Below are positions 19,672-29,978 of a stretch of DNA of 64,000 bases, piece by piece. Position numbers and translations under genes: made by a program. This DNA comes from Nitrospinaceae bacterium (lineage in GTDB: Bacteria; Nitrospinota; Nitrospinia; Nitrospinales; Nitrospinaceae), in contig OZ245011.1 in NCBI GenBank assembly GCA_965223665.1, positions 4,160,001-4,224,000 of the forward strand. The letters run 5' to 3'. The notes below the pieces were generated by a model. That model worked only from the letters and a program-made list of their open reading frames with translations. It did not search any database and was not told the origin of the DNA. The stretch's first letter is position 1. Each line of letters starts with the position of its first letter.

Positions 19672-21437
19672 ATTAAATTTTGGTTCCAAATTTCCAAGGC
19701 CATTAAGGCTCGGATTTCTCGGGTGAAATTAGCTTTTCCGGATTGATGATCCTTTAGCATTTCCCCAATATAAATTGGATTAAAAAGATCTCTACAAAGA
19801 GAATTTTTAGATAAGATCATTTTATATGCAAATTCGTAGAGTTCTTTTCGAATCCACTCCCCAACTGGCACGGTGAACATTTGTTTTTTACGATAAGCTA
19901 AATTTTTTCCAATTAAGGGAGTTACCGCTTTTTTAAACAAATATTTGGTTTCACCGTTCTTAAGTTTTAGCTCACCAGGCATGCGAAAAGCCAACTCCAT
20001 CATCCGATAATCCAAAAAGGGAGTTCGAGCTTCTAGCGAAACAGCCATTCCCATACGATCCGGTTTCACCAAATTATTTCCAGGCAGCAAAATCATCATA
20101 TCAATATAGAGCGCTTGATTGATGCGGTCCATATGGGAAGAATTCTCGAACAAAGGTTCAATTACCTGGTAAGGTTCGTCTTCCTGCAATAGCGATATAA
20201 GATTTTTGGAATACAATTTTTTCTTGTGGGAAGAGTCGAAAAGACTGATGTTTTTATAATAGGTTTGTCTAAAATGGTTATCACTTAAGCCAGAAACATT
20301 TTGTTTTGTGAAAAATTCCAGATATTTGTCATAACCTGCGAAAAGCTCATCTCCACCATCACCTGTTAAAACAACTTTCACATGTTGTGCGGCTAATTCG
20401 GCCACGCGGTATGTAGGGAGAAAAGATATGTCTCCATGAGGTTGATCACAGTGGTAGGTAGTTTTGGGCCAAAGGTCCAGCATATTCGAATCAACCCGTT
20501 CCATAATGTGTCGAGTATTAAATCGCTCCGCTGCCTCTTGAGCGAATGGAGCCTCGTCAAACCTTTTTTCATGAAATCCAATCGAAAAAGTGTTTACCGG
20601 TTGGTCAAGATTTTTAGCCATTAGCCCTACAACAGTGCTGGAATCTACGCCTCCTGACAAAAAAGCGCCAAATGGAACATCCGAACGTAACCGGAGTTTG
20701 ACTGCATTCTCTAGTACTTCAAAAAATTCTTCCTCCCAATCTTTTTCACTCTGGTTTTGACTCTCTCTCTTGGCCAAGTCCCACCATTTGTGCCTGGTTG
20801 AGTTATTGCGCGTTATTCGCATCCAATGCCCAGGCATTAAGTGTGTTATGCCTTTAAATAGGGTAAGTGGTGGTGGAACAAAGTTGTAGGTTAAAAAGCT
20901 GTCTAACGCCTGATAGTTTATTATTGGAGAAATACCTACTTCCAAAAGAGTTTTTATTTCCGAAGCAAACCAAAGACGCTTGCCATCATCATATATGTAA
21001 AGAGGTTTTACACCAATACGGTCTCGAATTAAATAAAGTTGGTCCTGGTTTTCATCATAGATTGCAATGGCAAACATTCCATTGAGACGCGAAACAAATT
21101 CAATTCCTTCTTTTTGGTATAGTCGAAGAATCACTTCTGTATCGGAATGGGTTTGGCAAGGATATCCTTCTTTTTCTAATTCCTTGCCTAGCTCAATGTA
21201 ATTATAAATTTCACCATTTTGAACTACCGTAATTTTTTTGTCTTCAGATTGAAAAGGTTGATGTCCATGTTCTAAATCAATAATAGATAGTCTCTGATTA
21301 CCAAGGCCTACCCCCTTGCCAGCAAATATTCCTTGGTCATCAGGCCCGCGGTGAAGTAAGGTTTTGCCCATTGTTTCCAGGAGGGAGAATTCTATCGATT
21401 GATTTTCTCGATCAAAGTAACCAAATATTCCGCACAT
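19668..21437 (-). CDS. asnB: Asparagine synthase-like glutamine-dependent amidotransferase (glycan type)
   Basis: MCGIFG, HRGPD, NGEIYN, FLSGGVDSS, TGDGGDELFAGY, SLEARTPFLD. Confidence 0.93.
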   Translation of the reverse strand: MCGIFGYFDRENQSIEFSLLETMGKTLLHRGPDDQGIFAGKGVGLGNQRLSIIDLEHGHQPFQSEDKKITVVQNGEIYNYIELGKELEKEGYPCQTHSDTEVILRLYQKEGIEFVSRLNGMFAIAIYDENQDQLYLIRDRIGVKPLYIYDDGKRLWFASEIKTLLEVGISPIINYQALDSFLTYNFVPPPLTLFKGITHLMPGHWMRITRNNSTRHKWWDLAKRESQNQSEKDWEEEFFEVLENAVKLRLRSDVPFGAFLSGGVDSSTVVGLMAKNLDQPVNTFSIGFHEKRFDEAPFAQEAAERFNTRHIMERVDSNMLDLWPKTTYHCDQPHGDISFLPTYRVAELAAQHVKVVLTGDGGDELFAGYDKYLEFFTKQNVSGLSDNHFRQTYYKNISLFDSSHKKKLYSKNLISLLQEDEPYQVIEPLFENSSHMDRINQALYIDMMILLPGNNLVKPDRMGMAVSLEARTPFLDYRMMELAFRMPGELKLKNGETKYLFKKAVTPLIGKNLAYRKKQMFTVPVGEWIRKELYEFAYKMILSKNSLCRDLFNPIYIGEMLKDHQSGKANFTREIRALMALEIWNQNLI

Positions 21438-21450
21438 AATTTTAATTAAA

Positions 21451-22005
21451 CTAAAAACTTCCCTTAAGGATTACCTGTTTGATGGTCATTCCGATTATTT
21501 TTAAATCAAGCCAAAACGATTTTTTATCCACATATTCTAAATCAAGAGCGGTTCGTTGGCCAGGAGTTGCCTGATTTCTGACTAAAGCTTGGGCTAAGCC
21601 AGTAATTCCTGGCTTAACGCTAATTCGCTTTGTCCATTGTTCTTGAGTGTAATTTTGTTTCTGAGCAAGAACATCTGGGCGGGGACCCACTAAGCTCATT
21701 TCTCCTTTAAGAACATTGATTAATTGAGGAATCTCGTCCAAACTGGTTTTCCGTAACAGAGAACCTATCCTCGTTATTCTGGAGTCATCTTTAGAGGTTT
21801 GGTATGTACCTAATTTGCTAGCGTTTTTCACCATGCTTCGAAACTTTATCATTTTAAATGATTTTTCAAATTGACCTACTCTATTTTGTAAAAAAAAAGG
21901 GTTTCCTGGAGAATCTATTACAATAGCCAAACCAATTAATATAAATAATGGGAATAGTAGAATTATTAAAAATAAACTGAGAGTGAAATCAAAGATTTGT
22001 TTCAA
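21451..22005 (-). CDS. Initiating phosphoglycosyl transferase (PglC-like sugar transferase)
   Basis: KFRSM, LRKTSLDEIPQLINVLKGEMSLVGPRP, KPGITGLAQ; TTG start. Confidence 0.92.
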   Translation of the reverse strand: MKQIFDFTLSLFLIILLFPLFILIGLAIVIDSPGNPFFLQNRVGQFEKSFKMIKFRSMVKNASKLGTYQTSKDDSRITRIGSLLRKTSLDEIPQLINVLKGEMSLVGPRPDVLAQKQNYTQEQWTKRISVKPGITGLAQALVRNQATPGQRTALDLEYVDKKSFWLDLKIIGMTIKQVILKGSF

Positions 22006-22019
22006 GGACCCAAGTATCC

Positions 22020-22835
22020 TTATTCATTTGGGTTGGCCAGTAGAGAAATAATTTGGACAACCTTCTTTCGATCTAATTCAATTTGTTTTAAGGAACGTTG
22101 ATTTAAATATTCTTCGCTTTCTCTTAACTTCTCGATTTCATATTTTAATTTATCAAAGTGGGCATACTGATCGGTTAGTATTCCTCTTTGAAAAGTTCGA
22201 GAAAGGATGACGGAAGATGATCCTAACCTTAAGTGTTCTCCTAAAACGAGTTCTCCGGGAAGTTGCCCCTCACCAATTCTTGCAATTCCCCCAAACCCGA
22301 ATGGCAGGTTTGCGGTTTTAATAATTTGTACCCATTCATCCACCATGCCATTTGCTAAGGGTTCAAAAATAAACTTTTGATTCAAGGCTAAATGCAAATC
22401 ATTCAGACCTAAATATATTTCAACTACTCCATTAATTTTTACAATTTCATTTAAACAGTCTGCGGCTTCAGGGGTTTCGACAAGTGGTATTACTCCAGTT
22501 CTACCAGCAATTTTTTCGCAAAAAAACTTTAGTTCATTAACTTCGCGAAACATGGGGAGCATTAGAAATTGAGGTTTGTTAACCAAAACATCCTCTATTT
22601 CTTTTTCTGTTCCTTTGTGAATTGGATTGAGGCGGACCAATAAGTCTGAATTTGGAATAGCAGATCTCACTTTAAAAACATCTTCAATTGAATGAGAGCT
22701 AATTAAAGAATCTAAATGACCCTGACGTTCTCTTTTTCCTATTATTTCAAGGTCTATGAATATTCGATCTACTCCAGCGGTTACGGCAGACTTTGCCAAT
22801 TCCGGTTGGTTGGTAATTAGCATTAGCTTAAGCAC
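22020..22835 (-). CDS. HpcH/HpaI aldolase/citrate lyase family protein
   Basis: IFIDLE, VRLNP, LPMF, PLVET, YLGLNDL, FGFGGI. Confidence 0.8.
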   Translation of the reverse strand: MLKLMLITNQPELAKSAVTAGVDRIFIDLEIIGKRERQGHLDSLISSHSIEDVFKVRSAIPNSDLLVRLNPIHKGTEKEIEDVLVNKPQFLMLPMFREVNELKFFCEKIAGRTGVIPLVETPEAADCLNEIVKINGVVEIYLGLNDLHLALNQKFIFEPLANGMVDEWVQIIKTANLPFGFGGIARIGEGQLPGELVLGEHLRLGSSSVILSRTFQRGILTDQYAHFDKLKYEIEKLRESEEYLNQRSLKQIELDRKKVVQIISLLANPNE

Positions 22836-24354
22836 GAAAAATAACCTTTAATTGATGAACTATAAATAAGCGATAACGTTTTATTATAAAAAGACTACTG
22901 AGTAATACAATGAGAGTTGCCACCAATATTAGGATGAGTTTAGAAAAAGAATGAATAGGAACCAAGTTCTCAATCCAAATAAAGGGAATTAGTGTTATGT
23001 AGCCGGCTAAAAGAACTTGAAAAATTTCTTTGTAGAAAGATAAACTCAAAAACTGAATTCCGTGGCGCTTCTTTAGTAGAAAATTTTGAATGGCTAGAAT
23101 GAACCAATAAGTGATTACTAAAGCGGCTATGATACCCATTAAACCTTTCCATTGCGAGAAAAATATAACTAATGGAAGGAATACTATAATACTGATCAAA
23201 CTACACTGAAGGGGAAGATGCGTATCCTTTTTGGCATTTGCAACTGCTACTTGAAGTGTTAGAAGACCTTGTGCAGGCAAAGCCAATATTCCGACCTTTA
23301 CCAGGTTTACTAAATCTTTTATCCCTTCATTTTGCATGACTCCCCATTCAAATGCCAAACGGGTAAGGGAATTTCCAAATCCATAAAATATTAAAATAAC
23401 CCCATATGAAAAAATAAAAATAAGTAATGTTCCATTTGAAATTAACTTTAAGCTATCCTCTAATCTGTTTTCAGCAAAGTTTTCTGCTAACTTTGGGAAA
23501 AGAATGGAAGAGAAAACTCCAATACATATTCCCATGGGCAGTTCAACAAATTTTATGGCGTAGTTAAGGAAAGCATAACCACCTGGTCCCTCCAGGGAAC
23601 CAAAAGCTCGAGCAAGAATGGGAAATAATAAAACTAAACCACCAGCTCCAAATGCTTGAAAGTATCTTTTTATTAGAGGTTTGGGAATCCCGAATTGGTT
23701 TAGTGAATTCCATTTCCAACCGAACTTAATCATTCCCAAAAATTGAGAAAACCAGCGTAGAAAACCACCTATGAGGACCGCAATTCCTAGAAAATAAAGG
23801 GTTGAGCTTTCTTTAACGAAAAAAAATAAGGCTAATATTAGGCAAGTATTAAAAATTAAGGTACCCATTGCCGGAATGGCGAAATGGTCTTTGGATTGAA
23901 GATAACTCGTTGTGATAGCAGAAAGCACGGTCAAAGGAATTAACCATAGCACCCATTTAAGTAATTGATTGGCTTCCTGGTAAGCGTTATCGTTAAATCC
24001 TGGTGCAAGAAGGTTAATTAAAATGTTTGAGTTTAAGGTTAGGAATAAGCTTATAAAGAAAAAAATAATTCCAGAATAAAGGCTAAATTTTATAAAGAGT
24101 TGATCCGAAAGCTCAATTGAAGAACTTTTAAACTCAGGAATTAGAGCTGCAGATAAAGCTCCTCCAATTAATATACCGGTTAAAAAATCTGGTAAAACAA
24201 GAGAGAATAATATTGCATCGGCCTCCTCACTAACACCAAACTTTGAAGCTACGGATATTTCTCTTAAAAATCCTGCTAGTCGTCCAAGAAAAATCCCTCC
24301 CGATACCCATATTCCTGCGGATAAAAGTTTTTTGATCGAAATATTTGTTTTCAT
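22828..24354 (-). CDS. MurJ/MviN-like flippase (MOP superfamily)
   Basis: GRLAGFLRE..ASKFG..ADA, ALIPEF, LNYA...ELP.G; 13-14 hydrophobic segments. Confidence 0.82.
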   Translation of the reverse strand: MKTNISIKKLLSAGIWVSGGIFLGRLAGFLREISVASKFGVSEEADAILFSLVLPDFLTGILIGGALSAALIPEFKSSSIELSDQLFIKFSLYSGIIFFFISLFLTLNSNILINLLAPGFNDNAYQEANQLLKWVLWLIPLTVLSAITTSYLQSKDHFAIPAMGTLIFNTCLILALFFFVKESSTLYFLGIAVLIGGFLRWFSQFLGMIKFGWKWNSLNQFGIPKPLIKRYFQAFGAGGLVLLFPILARAFGSLEGPGGYAFLNYAIKFVELPMGICIGVFSSILFPKLAENFAENRLEDSLKLISNGTLLIFIFSYGVILIFYGFGNSLTRLAFEWGVMQNEGIKDLVNLVKVGILALPAQGLLTLQVAVANAKKDTHLPLQCSLISIIVFLPLVIFFSQWKGLMGIIAALVITYWFILAIQNFLLKKRHGIQFLSLSFYKEIFQVLLAGYITLIPFIWIENLVPIHSFSKLILILVATLIVLLSSLFIIKRYRLFIVHQLKVIFRA

Positions 24355-24735
24355 TAAATTAATCCAAAAATATAGGCATGGAAATGAATATCAAAAGGTG
24401 AAATATGAACAATTCAAGCGAGCAATTTTTTAATTTGAATTATTTAAAATATTTAAATTGGAAGCGATGGATTGCGATAAGTCTTGGAAAATTACATGGC
24501 GAAATAAATAATGCGAGTGTTGCAAGAAAAACCAATTCTATTAACTTATTTAGCCATTATTCGGATTAAATTTGTTTGATTAAACCCCTTATATAATTTA
24601 TATTAAACTCGTTTAGTGCAATTTTAGATCATGTAATTTAGTTTAGCAAATTTGGTCTTATCCTATTTGAGTCTACCCTTTCTTTGCAGTTAAGTTAACT
24701 TTAAAATCGGATTTGTAAGCATTGGATTTAATTCG

Positions 24736-26604
24736 ATGACTTTTTTCAAAAACAATCCTAGGTTATTTGTATTACTTTTTTTAGATATTGTTTTAAGTCT
24801 ATTTTCGTTTTTTATCGCTTTTTATCTTCGATTTGATGGTCAAATTCCTCCCGACCAATTTGACACATTTGTTAAACTCATTCCCTTTCTTTTTGCTTGC
24901 CGGATTCCAGCATTTTTTTATTTTGGTCTTTATACCCGCGTTTGGGAATATTCCAGTTTAGGTGACTTAACACAAATTATAAAGGCGGTAATAACTGGGT
25001 CATTTATGGCTCTATTTGTTTTATTTATGTTTGACCGCGGGGCTCTAGTTTCTCGCTCGATTTTAGTTATTGATGCAATTTTATTGACAGTTTGTTTAGG
25101 TGGAGCTCGGTTGATTCTAAGGTTTTCCAAAGAAATGAATCAGAAAAAACTAGGGGAGAGTTCCAAAAATAAGATTCCAATAGTAATCATGGGTGCAGGA
25201 AGCACGGGGGTGTTGCTACTTCGTTATATTCGTGATTTCTCGAATCATTATAAGGTTGTTGGATTTTTAGATAATGATCCAAAAAAATTAGGCAGGCACA
25301 TTCAAGGATTAAAAATTTTAGGAAATTTGGAAGATATTCCTAATCTCAAAGAAAGTCTAGAATTCAGTGAAGTTTTTGTAGCTATCAATGGTCTCGATGC
25401 AGATGGTTTAAGTAAAATTGTAGAAGTTTGCGAAACCAATAACTTGAAATATAAAATTGTTTCATCCATTTTTGATTTATCAACAAAACAACCACATATT
25501 TCACAGATCCGCAATATTGAGATAACAGATTTGCTTGGGAGAGAACCTGTTTTTCTAGATTTATCCCTCATTAAAAAAATGATAATGGGAAAAAGAGTTT
25601 TAGTAACTGGAGCAGGGGGATCCATAGGATCTGAGCTTTGTCGTCAACTTTTAGAATACGAGCCTTCTTCGCTAATTGCTTTAGACCGATCGGAAAATTA
25701 TTTGCATGAGTTAAATATTGATCTAAGTGCCTTGAAGAGCAATGCGGAGACCGATTATTATTTTGGTTCAGTAACAGATTTGGAAAAAATGGAAGCAATT
25801 TTTTCAAAGCACCAACCGCAACTTGTTTTCCATGCCGCAGCACATAAACATGTTCCTTTAATGGAAAAAAATCCCCATGAAGCCATAATTAATAATGTTC
25901 TTGGTACCAAGCAAACCGCAGATTTATCAGATAAATTTAGAGCTGAAAAATTTATCTTGGTCTCCACGGATAAAGTAGTTAATCCTACAAGTGTTATGGG
26001 AATGACAAAGAAAATTGCTGAAACATATGTAAACTTTAAATCCCAACATTCTTCTACTCAATTTATATCTGTTCGATTTGGAAATGTTTTGGGGAGTAAT
26101 GGGAGTGTGGTTCCTATTTTTAAAAAGCAAATTGAGAGAGGGGGGCCTGTAACCGTAACTCATCCAGATATGGAAAGATATTTCATGTTAATTGCTGAAG
26201 CTGTTCAACTGATTCTGCAGGCGATTACTCTAGGAGAAGATGGTGAAACTTTTGTGCTAGAGATGGGCAAACCTGTGAAGCTGTTAAATCTAGCTGAGAA
26301 GATGATTCGCCTATTAGGTTACGTACCTAATGAAACTATGGAAATAAAGATCACTGGTATCCGTCCTGGAGAAAAACTATTTGAAGAATTGATTGACAAA
26401 GGGGAGAAGGCAATTCCAACTCAACATAAAAAAATCAAACGATTGAAATCTAGTTTTGCTCCTCGTAACGATTTTGAAGATAGATTAACTTCGTTTATAA
26501 AGCAGGTAGGAGAAGCACAACCCTCTGAACAAAAGCAAATAATTTCTAATTTTATTTCTGCGGAATATAAAGAAATACCTGCCTCAATAGAACCCACCAA
26601 TTAA
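24736..26604 (+). CDS. Membrane-bound UDP-GlcNAc 4,6-dehydratase (PglF/CapD/WbpM family)
   Basis: Four N-terminal TMs, DLLGRE, TGAGGSIGSEL, HAAAHKHVP, STDK, RFGNVLGSNGSV, IRPGEKL. Confidence 0.93.
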   Translation: MTFFKNNPRLFVLLFLDIVLSLFSFFIAFYLRFDGQIPPDQFDTFVKLIPFLFACRIPAFFYFGLYTRVWEYSSLGDLTQIIKAVITGSFMALFVLFMFDRGALVSRSILVIDAILLTVCLGGARLILRFSKEMNQKKLGESSKNKIPIVIMGAGSTGVLLLRYIRDFSNHYKVVGFLDNDPKKLGRHIQGLKILGNLEDIPNLKESLEFSEVFVAINGLDADGLSKIVEVCETNNLKYKIVSSIFDLSTKQPHISQIRNIEITDLLGREPVFLDLSLIKKMIMGKRVLVTGAGGSIGSELCRQLLEYEPSSLIALDRSENYLHELNIDLSALKSNAETDYYFGSVTDLEKMEAIFSKHQPQLVFHAAAHKHVPLMEKNPHEAIINNVLGTKQTADLSDKFRAEKFILVSTDKVVNPTSVMGMTKKIAETYVNFKSQHSSTQFISVRFGNVLGSNGSVVPIFKKQIERGGPVTVTHPDMERYFMLIAEAVQLILQAITLGEDGETFVLEMGKPVKLLNLAEKMIRLLGYVPNETMEIKITGIRPGEKLFEELIDKGEKAIPTQHKKIKRLKSSFAPRNDFEDRLTSFIKQVGEAQPSEQKQIISNFISAEYKEIPASIEPTN

Positions 26605-26619
26605 TTTCTTCATATTTGA

Positions 26620-27531
26620 TCAAGCTGAAATATCCGGTTCCACAAATTGCCACTTAATTTCAGGAAACCGCTTTTTAATTAATGTTTCTAAATGATTAAC
26701 GGATTTGATTAGTTTTTCAGCATTTTGAATACCCCCAGGAGATACCTTCATGCTGATTAGCACCTCACTATCTCCCATTTGCAGAGCCAAAAATTTAAGG
26801 ACTTTGGCGTTGGGAATTTGTTCTTTTAAAATGATTTCAATTTCTGGAAGATAATTCTTACTGGGAGCCTCTCCAATAATGAAAGATTTGATTTCTACAG
26901 CCAATAATATTGCTAAGATAACCAGCAGAGAGCCTATCATTATAGATCCATAGGCATCCCACGCAGGGTTTCCGGTAGCCCAAGATAAGGATACACAGGC
27001 AGCAGCAATGAACAGTCCTATTAAAGCTCCCGCGTCTTCGGTAAAGATGACTAATAATCCTGAGGCTGTTGTTTTTTTAAACCAAACCCAAAGGCTTTCA
27101 AAACGGTTGATTGCTTGAACTTCTTTCAGGCAAGCGTAGAATGAATATCCTTCCATTAATATGCTTGCCCCTAAAATAATTAAAGCTAATTTAGGATTCT
27201 CTAAAGGTTCGGTTTCGGAGATTTTGTGTATACCCTCATATATAGCGAACAGACCGCCCAATGAGAACAATAGGATGGTTACAACAAACGACCAGAAATA
27301 AATTTCTCTTCCATAACCTAAAGGGTGGTTCTTGTCAGGAGGTTTTTTTGAAGCCTTATTTCCTAATAATAATAAAACTTGGTTTGTGCTATCTACAAAG
27401 CTATGAATAGATTCGGCAAGTAATGAAGAACTTCCTGAAAATAAGAATCCTAAAAATTTAGAAATCGCAATTCCTAGATTGGCGAATAGGGCAATCACAA
27501 TTACTTTGGTTGAACCTTCGCTAGCGCTCAT
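26620..27531 (-). CDS. Cation diffusion facilitator family transporter
   Basis: ESIHSFVD (HxxxD), HPLGYGRE, FTEDAGA, FVEPD. Confidence 0.9.
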   Translation of the reverse strand: MSASEGSTKVIVIALFANLGIAISKFLGFLFSGSSSLLAESIHSFVDSTNQVLLLLGNKASKKPPDKNHPLGYGREIYFWSFVVTILLFSLGGLFAIYEGIHKISETEPLENPKLALIILGASILMEGYSFYACLKEVQAINRFESLWVWFKKTTASGLLVIFTEDAGALIGLFIAAACVSLSWATGNPAWDAYGSIMIGSLLVILAILLAVEIKSFIIGEAPSKNYLPEIEIILKEQIPNAKVLKFLALQMGDSEVLISMKVSPGGIQNAEKLIKSVNHLETLIKKRFPEIKWQFVEPDISA

Positions 27532-27696
27532 TCTTCTCCTGATAAAAAAAAGAGTTTGGACTAATGATTAAATAAACCTCCCTGCATGTAATTGGGTTGC
27601 TTATTATATGTGTTTTTATATCCAAAGAAAAATATAAGTTTTTTGTGTTTTTGGGAAGAAAAATGATGTTGCCCTTTTAGAATAATTGTTAAATTA

Positions 27697-28737
27697 TTAT
27701 TTAAACAGTTTCAATTGAAGGTCCTGAGGGTTATTAAAGTTTTTTGAAGAAACTTTTAGGGCATTTTCAATTAAGCCGGCTTTTTTGCTCGCCATAGAGA
27801 ATACTGCTTTAATTTGTTCAGCAAATATGCCTTGTCCTTTCATTCTTGATTTAAAAGAAGAGTTATATAGTTTTCCCCCTCGAGTGTTAGTAATCCGATT
27901 AATAATTTTATTTTTTTTGTCAGGAAAAAAGATTTTTAACCAATTTTCAAAAAGTTTTTTGTTTTGATGAGGTAATCTTAACAAAATATACTTGGCAGTC
28001 TTTGCTCCTGCTCCAGCAGATTGCTTAACTATTTCTGGGATTTCAGTTTCTGTAAGCCCAGGAATAATGGGTGCAACCAAAACTCCGGTGGGAATATTAT
28101 TTTTGCTTAATTTTTCTATGGTTTTTAAACGAAGGATAGGGGTTGATGCTCTAGGTTCTAATTGACGGGATAGAGATGGGTTTAAAGTGGTAATGGAAAT
28201 ATAAACAGCTGCAGACTCATACTCGACCAATTCCTTAAGTAGGTCTAAATCTCGAGTGATTAAATCGTTCTTAGTAATTAGAATCACAGGATTCCTGAAT
28301 TTTAAAAAAACTTCTAGGCATTGACGAGAAATATTTAGCTTTCTTTCAATGGGTTGGTATGGATCTGTTATCCCGCTCATGGCGACTGGTTGGGGTTTCC
28401 AATATTGGGAGCTTAGTTCCTTTTCTAGTAATTTAGCCGAATGGTATTTAATAAAGATTTTTGTTTCAAAATCTAAACCCGAGGAAAGCTCTAAGTATTC
28501 ATGCGTTGGTCTTGCATAACAATAAATGCAACCCTGCTCGCAACCGCGATAAGGGTTAATACTAAAATCAAAACCTACATCTGGGCTATCATTTCTTGTA
28601 AGAATACTTTTGGATTGATCGGAAAAATATTCGGTTTTTGGGTTCGGACCTGATTCAGAAAAAGAATTTTCATCCTGGTAAACTGAAATCGGCTTGAATC
28701 TATTGAAAGGATTTAAAGATGTGCCACGCCCGTTCAT
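27697..28737 (-). CDS. PA0069-family radical SAM protein (SplB-like)
   Basis: SINPYRGCEQGCIYCYARPTH, TDPYQPIE, LEPRAS, LLRLPH. Confidence 0.9.
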   Translation of the reverse strand: MNGRGTSLNPFNRFKPISVYQDENSFSESGPNPKTEYFSDQSKSILTRNDSPDVGFDFSINPYRGCEQGCIYCYARPTHEYLELSSGLDFETKIFIKYHSAKLLEKELSSQYWKPQPVAMSGITDPYQPIERKLNISRQCLEVFLKFRNPVILITKNDLITRDLDLLKELVEYESAAVYISITTLNPSLSRQLEPRASTPILRLKTIEKLSKNNIPTGVLVAPIIPGLTETEIPEIVKQSAGAGAKTAKYILLRLPHQNKKLFENWLKIFFPDKKNKIINRITNTRGGKLYNSSFKSRMKGQGIFAEQIKAVFSMASKKAGLIENALKVSSKNFNNPQDLQLKLFK

Positions 28738-28994
28738 AGAGACCCCGTAGATAAATAAACAATTTTCGCTTTATTTTCGTTAAAAATTACGGGCTTGTAA
28801 AGAAAAAAATTGAAACTATTTTTGAGTGGGACTATGGAAAGAGATTTTTGGGTAGAGGGTTAGAAAACATTGAATTAAAAATTAAAACAATTCAGTTAAT
28901 TTTTATCAATGTAATAGTGACGAAAATAGGAAAAACAAGCCTTATTGCTTTAATTCTCTGGAAAAATATCCATTCATCATTGTCATTAAAACGG

Positions 28995-29417
28995 TTAGTT
29001 AACCAACCTTATAAAAACAATAGCTACTGTTGCTAACTGTAAACTGTTAATGGCAACACTCAATTTATGCCACAACTTGAAGGGCTTGGTTGCACTCTTT
29101 TGGCCTCCTAATTGTGCATCTCGATAACGGTTTATAATAGGCATAATTACCAGCCACCCTACCACAAAAAATATAAATACCACCCCCACAGCTATAGCCT
29201 CCGGTCGACTCCAAATCATTACTGCTGCCAAAAGAGTAAGCACCGCCATGGCCTGAGAATATACAGGAAAAACCTGACGGATGAATGGACCTGATTTTTC
29301 TGGTGGAAGTTTTGTGAAAACTAACGGAGTAAAAATAAAAGCAAAAAATACCATGCTGCCTAAAACCAACGCTAAAATAAATATGCTGGTTGTACTTAAA
29401 ATGCTATTGATATCCAT
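28995..29417 (-). CDS. DUF4149 membrane protein
   Basis: GSMVFF...PLVF..L...SG.FIR.VFP.Y and FKLWHKLSV.IN; four TMs. Confidence 0.75.
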   Translation of the reverse strand: MDINSILSTTSIFILALVLGSMVFFAFIFTPLVFTKLPPEKSGPFIRQVFPVYSQAMAVLTLLAAVMIWSRPEAIAVGVVFIFFVVGWLVIMPIINRYRDAQLGGQKSATKPFKLWHKLSVAINSLQLATVAIVFIRLVN

Positions 29418-29429
29418 TTTTTTTTGTCC

Positions 29430-29912
29430 TTAGTTTTGGTTTTCGATTTCATATATGTTCCAACTTTTATATTTGTCATTATATGTATCCTTTTTCGTCT
29501 GATATTGAAAAACTTTAATGAAGCACTGGACCTGGATTTTTCCTGAGGAACTGTTTCCTGAGTTTGTCTGAACTCTATGAGGACGAATTTTAAGGAAAGG
29601 AGATTGGTAGTTTCCTAAAGGTAAATCTTTAATTTTAAGCTCAAAGTAAAAGGCTTTATTTTTTATTTGATTTGTTTTAAAGAAAATCTCTTTGTAAGGT
29701 TCAGAATTTTTAATTAATGTGAAACTCTCTTTATTAACAATAAGTGTTTCAGGGTTTTTGTTTCCGTCCGTTCGTAATTTCCAAAGTCCAAATGGATTTT
29801 TCGAACACCCTTTCGTTTCCCATTCCGGGTCCTGCCAACTTAAGGCAAAGGATTTGCCCGTAATTAACATAAACAAAATAAAAATTAGTATAAAAGTTAG
29901 TTTGGTTTTCAT
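29430..29912 (-). CDS. Hypothetical secreted protein
   Basis: Signal peptide ending SFA; two Cys. Confidence 0.65.
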   Translation of the reverse strand: MKTKLTFILIFILFMLITGKSFALSWQDPEWETKGCSKNPFGLWKLRTDGNKNPETLIVNKESFTLIKNSEPYKEIFFKTNQIKNKAFYFELKIKDLPLGNYQSPFLKIRPHRVQTNSGNSSSGKIQVQCFIKVFQYQTKKDTYNDKYKSWNIYEIENQN

Positions 29913-29978
29913 GGGGTATCTCTCATAATATTTTTTTTTCGATTTTTAAAATTAATTTGCGCTTTCCCTAATAATTTA

